Assembly (NCBI GenBank): GCA_038205935.1
Contig: JBBRBK010000043.1
Coordinates: 1-16,062, forward strand
Origin: Campylobacterales bacterium
GTDB lineage: Bacteria; Campylobacterota; Campylobacteria; Campylobacterales; Sulfurimonadaceae
Direction: 5' to 3'
DNA length: 16,062 bases
A model generated the notes under the pieces. The model saw only the letters and a list, made by a program, of their open reading frames with translations, did not search any database and had not been told where the DNA came from. Positions 15,573-16,062 of this stretch are shown here, piece after piece; the stretch's first letter is position 1, and the number at the start of each line of letters is the position of its first letter. Both the position numbers and the translations under genes were made by a program.

Positions 15573-16062
15573 TTATATATTTTTAACCGCGGCACTTAGA
15601 CGTTTAAACCCTTCATCAATCTCTTCTTGCGTGATAGTAAGCGGAGGTAAAAGTCTCAAAGTATTTTTTCCGGCTTTAAGCACCATCACACCATGCTCTC
15701 TTGCGCTATTGATAACTTTTGCAAGTGTGTCGGCGTCTTTTGCACGTAAACCGCACATCATTCCAAGACCCACTTTTTCAGTAAAAAGATTTTGATTTTC
15801 ATTGTAAAATTTTTCCAAAGCTTTATCAAAAAGAAGCATATTGATAGCTAAGTCTCCGCTTGCATCATACTCGTTTAAAATGTCCATCACTTCACAAATC
15901 GCTGTAGAACTTAAGTAATTTCCACCAAAAGTGGAACCATGATCTCCAGCACTAAAAATATCTTTTAGTGTTGTCATAACCACGCCTACAGGAACTCCAC
16001 CGCCAACACCTTTTGCGAGTGTTACAACATCTGGCTCTATCTCATACAGATTTGATGCCAAA
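15573..16062 (-). CDS. argD: Acetylornithine aminotransferase (class III PLP aminotransferase), 5'-truncated by the window edge
   Basis: PDVVTLAKGVGGGVPVG (PLP lysine), GDHGSTFGGN, GLGMMCG, LRLLPPLTI. Confidence 0.9.
   Translation of the reverse strand, partial: LASNLYEIEPDVVTLAKGVGGGVPVGVVMTTLKDIFSAGDHGSTFGGNYLSSTAICEVMDILNEYDASGDLAINMLLFDKALEKFYNENQNLFTEKVGLGMMCGLRAKDADTLAKVINSAREHGVMVLKAGKNTLRLLPPLTITQEEIDEGFKRLSAAVKNI

Noticed and set aside
8436..15795. Short alternative ORFs 8436-8621, 8444-8635, 9986-10168, 13405-13605 and 15427-15795
   Set aside because: They overlap confident genes in other frames or strands and show no coding signatures.

Overview
An AT-rich (roughly 35% GC by eye) core-genome window from a Campylobacterota (Epsilonproteobacteria) chromosome, most like Sulfurimonas or a relative. 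This is inferred from TGnTATAAT promoters, AAGGA ribosome-binding sites and Campylobacter-like gene order: cmoB with a Cj0977-like hot-dog protein; rny, 5-FTHF cyclo-ligase, TlpA-like thioredoxin, ftsY, radA; fliL-acpS. It holds 21 CDSs (two truncated by the window edges) and no recognisable rRNA, tRNA, CRISPR array or mobile element. The most striking unexplained signal is a highly iterated palindrome, (T)TACATGTA(A), extended consensus about CTCTTTACATGTAAG. It occurs 9 times: as inverted pairs forming hairpins between convergent genes, singly in two putative 5' leaders, and inside three CDSs where it is always read as Thr-Cys-Lys. This distribution resembles DNA-uptake sequences or the cyanobacterial HIP1 palindrome. 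Other notable items: a perfect inverted repeat upstream of the radA promoter, a degenerate GGDEF protein with an intact RxxD site, a stand-alone degenerate DEAD-box helicase C-terminal domain, a probably leaderless cmoB and a Tll0287/DUF3365-like cytochrome.
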